A DNA stretch of 64,000 nt from Takakia lepidozioides (taxonomy: Eukaryota; Plantae; Bryophyta): positions 36,208,001 to 36,272,000 of the forward strand of contig CM060734.1 in assembly GCA_030704615.1 (NCBI GenBank), read 5' to 3'. This document shows, one piece after another, positions 62,575-64,000 of the stretch (its first letter is position 1; each line of letters begins with the position of its first letter). The notes beneath the pieces are model-generated. The model made no database searches and had not been told where the DNA came from. It was given only the letters and a program-made list of their open reading frames with translations. The position numbers and the translations under genes are program-made.

Positions 62575-63369
62575 ACAATAAGTGCATTTTCCTAGCGTGT
62601 GGTGGGTACTTGGAGCTGGCTGGCTGCATCATGGAATCTTGAAAGGGACAGTTAGCTGCTATTCAACGATAATTCAAGCAATACAAAGTGAGCTTTTGGA
62701 CCATTGCTGCAGCTGCTTGAAGGATGTCAAAGCTTGAAGGCACTTAGATTGTTGTCGGATTTTGCCTGTATCAGCAGCCTGATGGAAAGGACAAATCGCA
62801 ACAAGTGTATTACTCTTCAGGAGGAGATGGAGATGATGGGCATGCTCAACAGCGTCTCCAGGGTGTTGAGTGGAATGGGACATAAGGATTCTTTCTTTCT
62901 TCATTGGCTGGGTATGAAATTCTACCCTCATTGAAGCTGTACGGATCTGAGATCAGCAGTTGATCCATCAAGACTTAGCCGCAAGGTGAAATTTGCGGAG
63001 TTGTACCAGTATGAAAAGGAATTTTGATAGGTAAGGTGAGGAATTTCGTAAGACAGATTGTGTCAATTGGTAGGTAATGAGAATGAACACGCCCATTTAG
63101 TAAGTTGGAAGATAACAAATATCTCCAAATGGTGATATTGGAAGGCGCGGCTCAAGCATGAGAGAACTTGCAGTGCATACCGGAAAATTAATTTAGATAC
63201 GCGCTGGGAATGTCGGTGATGCTCAATTTGTGGAGGTCCACCATTAGAAAAAGCTTTCAGTTTCTTGACTGTAACTTAGTTCCATGACTTTCATGTCTTC
63301 TGTGCTTGCTTTTGAAGACAAAGAAAACTGATAACATCCTCTGACTCAAGTCGGATTCAAATGTCAATC

Positions 63370-63600
63370 TTCATGAATCCATCCCACAAACCCGTCACAC
63401 TCATATCATATCCATTGTGCATTCATCTACTGTGTATTCATGCATCCTCCATTCAAGAATGTTTTCCATTATTCAACATCCATTGTACATTCATCCATTG
63501 TACTCTCATCCATCCCACATTCATCCATCTGTTTGCATTGTTTGCAGTCATCCATTCGTTTCTCATCTACTCTACATTCATCCATAATGTATTCATCTGT
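63370..63600. repeat. Degenerate (ATTCATCC)-like low-complexity repeat; similar tract at about 35280-35380
   Basis: Recurrent TTCATCCAT/ATCCATT words. Confidence 0.6.
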
Positions 63601-64000
63601 TGCTTTCAAGTGGGGATGACCACATCCTTTTATTATTTCGCCCAACTTGTTTCCGCGGTTGAGGGTGCTCTTCCGCGGAAATACACTCTGTTTCTTACTT
63701 GGCGCGTTAACGTGGCGTTTAAGCTCGATGACGTGGAGTGAGCCCGGTTACGTGACGTGAGCGCTACCGTGAGCGCTACTGCGCTCACGCCGAGGTATCC
63801 CTGCTCGTGCTAGTGCTTCAAGCGAGCTACTGCGGTGCTGTCGTGGCTGCCAACGACGCGGGTCCCCGCCGCTGCAGGGCGTCTCTCCTCCGCTCACCAC
63901 GGCTCTCTCTCTCTTCAGCTCGTTTTGATCCTGCCTCTGCACGGCGTTTCTACCACACAGGGGAGCGAGAGTTCAGCCCGTGCTTAGGGCAAGAACGCAA

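Noticed and set aside
63361-63741. 126-aa His/Ile-rich ORF
   Set aside because: Translation of a degenerate ATTCATCC repeat.

Overview
Eukaryotic, intron-containing land-plant genomic DNA, most consistent with a non-flowering plant such as a bryophyte (inference from a nuclear MurA, a PLS/DYW PPR gene and moss-like exon GC). I could reconstruct five apparently intact host genes. (1) A 4-exon nepenthesin-type aspartic protease (+, 13850-16873), probably with a GC-AG first intron. (2) A 6-exon plastid-type MurA (-, 33454-29043) whose N-terminal extension contains half a DnaJ J-domain and a 27-aa tandem duplication. (3) A 2-exon bZIP transcription factor (+, 41353-42805). (4) An intronless, AT-rich PH + coiled-coil ORF (+, 53558-54613). 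(5) A divergent, Cys-rich 4-exon VDAC/porin-like gene (+, 59513-62574). Mobile DNA includes a hAT element with an 8-bp TSD and a transposase broken by one frameshift (37081-41033), a non-autonomous PIF/Harbinger element with perfect 19-bp TIRs and a TTA TSD (18926-20657), a TA-flanked TIR element, a Copia remnant, two tRNA-derived SINE families and a dispersed LINE 3'-end family. There are two co-oriented mosaics of unrelated gene fragments: DXS + purple acid phosphatase + PPR-DYW + NFD4-like + PPR at 22.3-26.7 kb, and HEM4-like + TCP at 46.5-46.9 kb. A CRISPR-looking array of twelve 22-bp palindromes lies at 3.7-4.3 kb. All family assignments come from my own motif recognition; no database searches were run.
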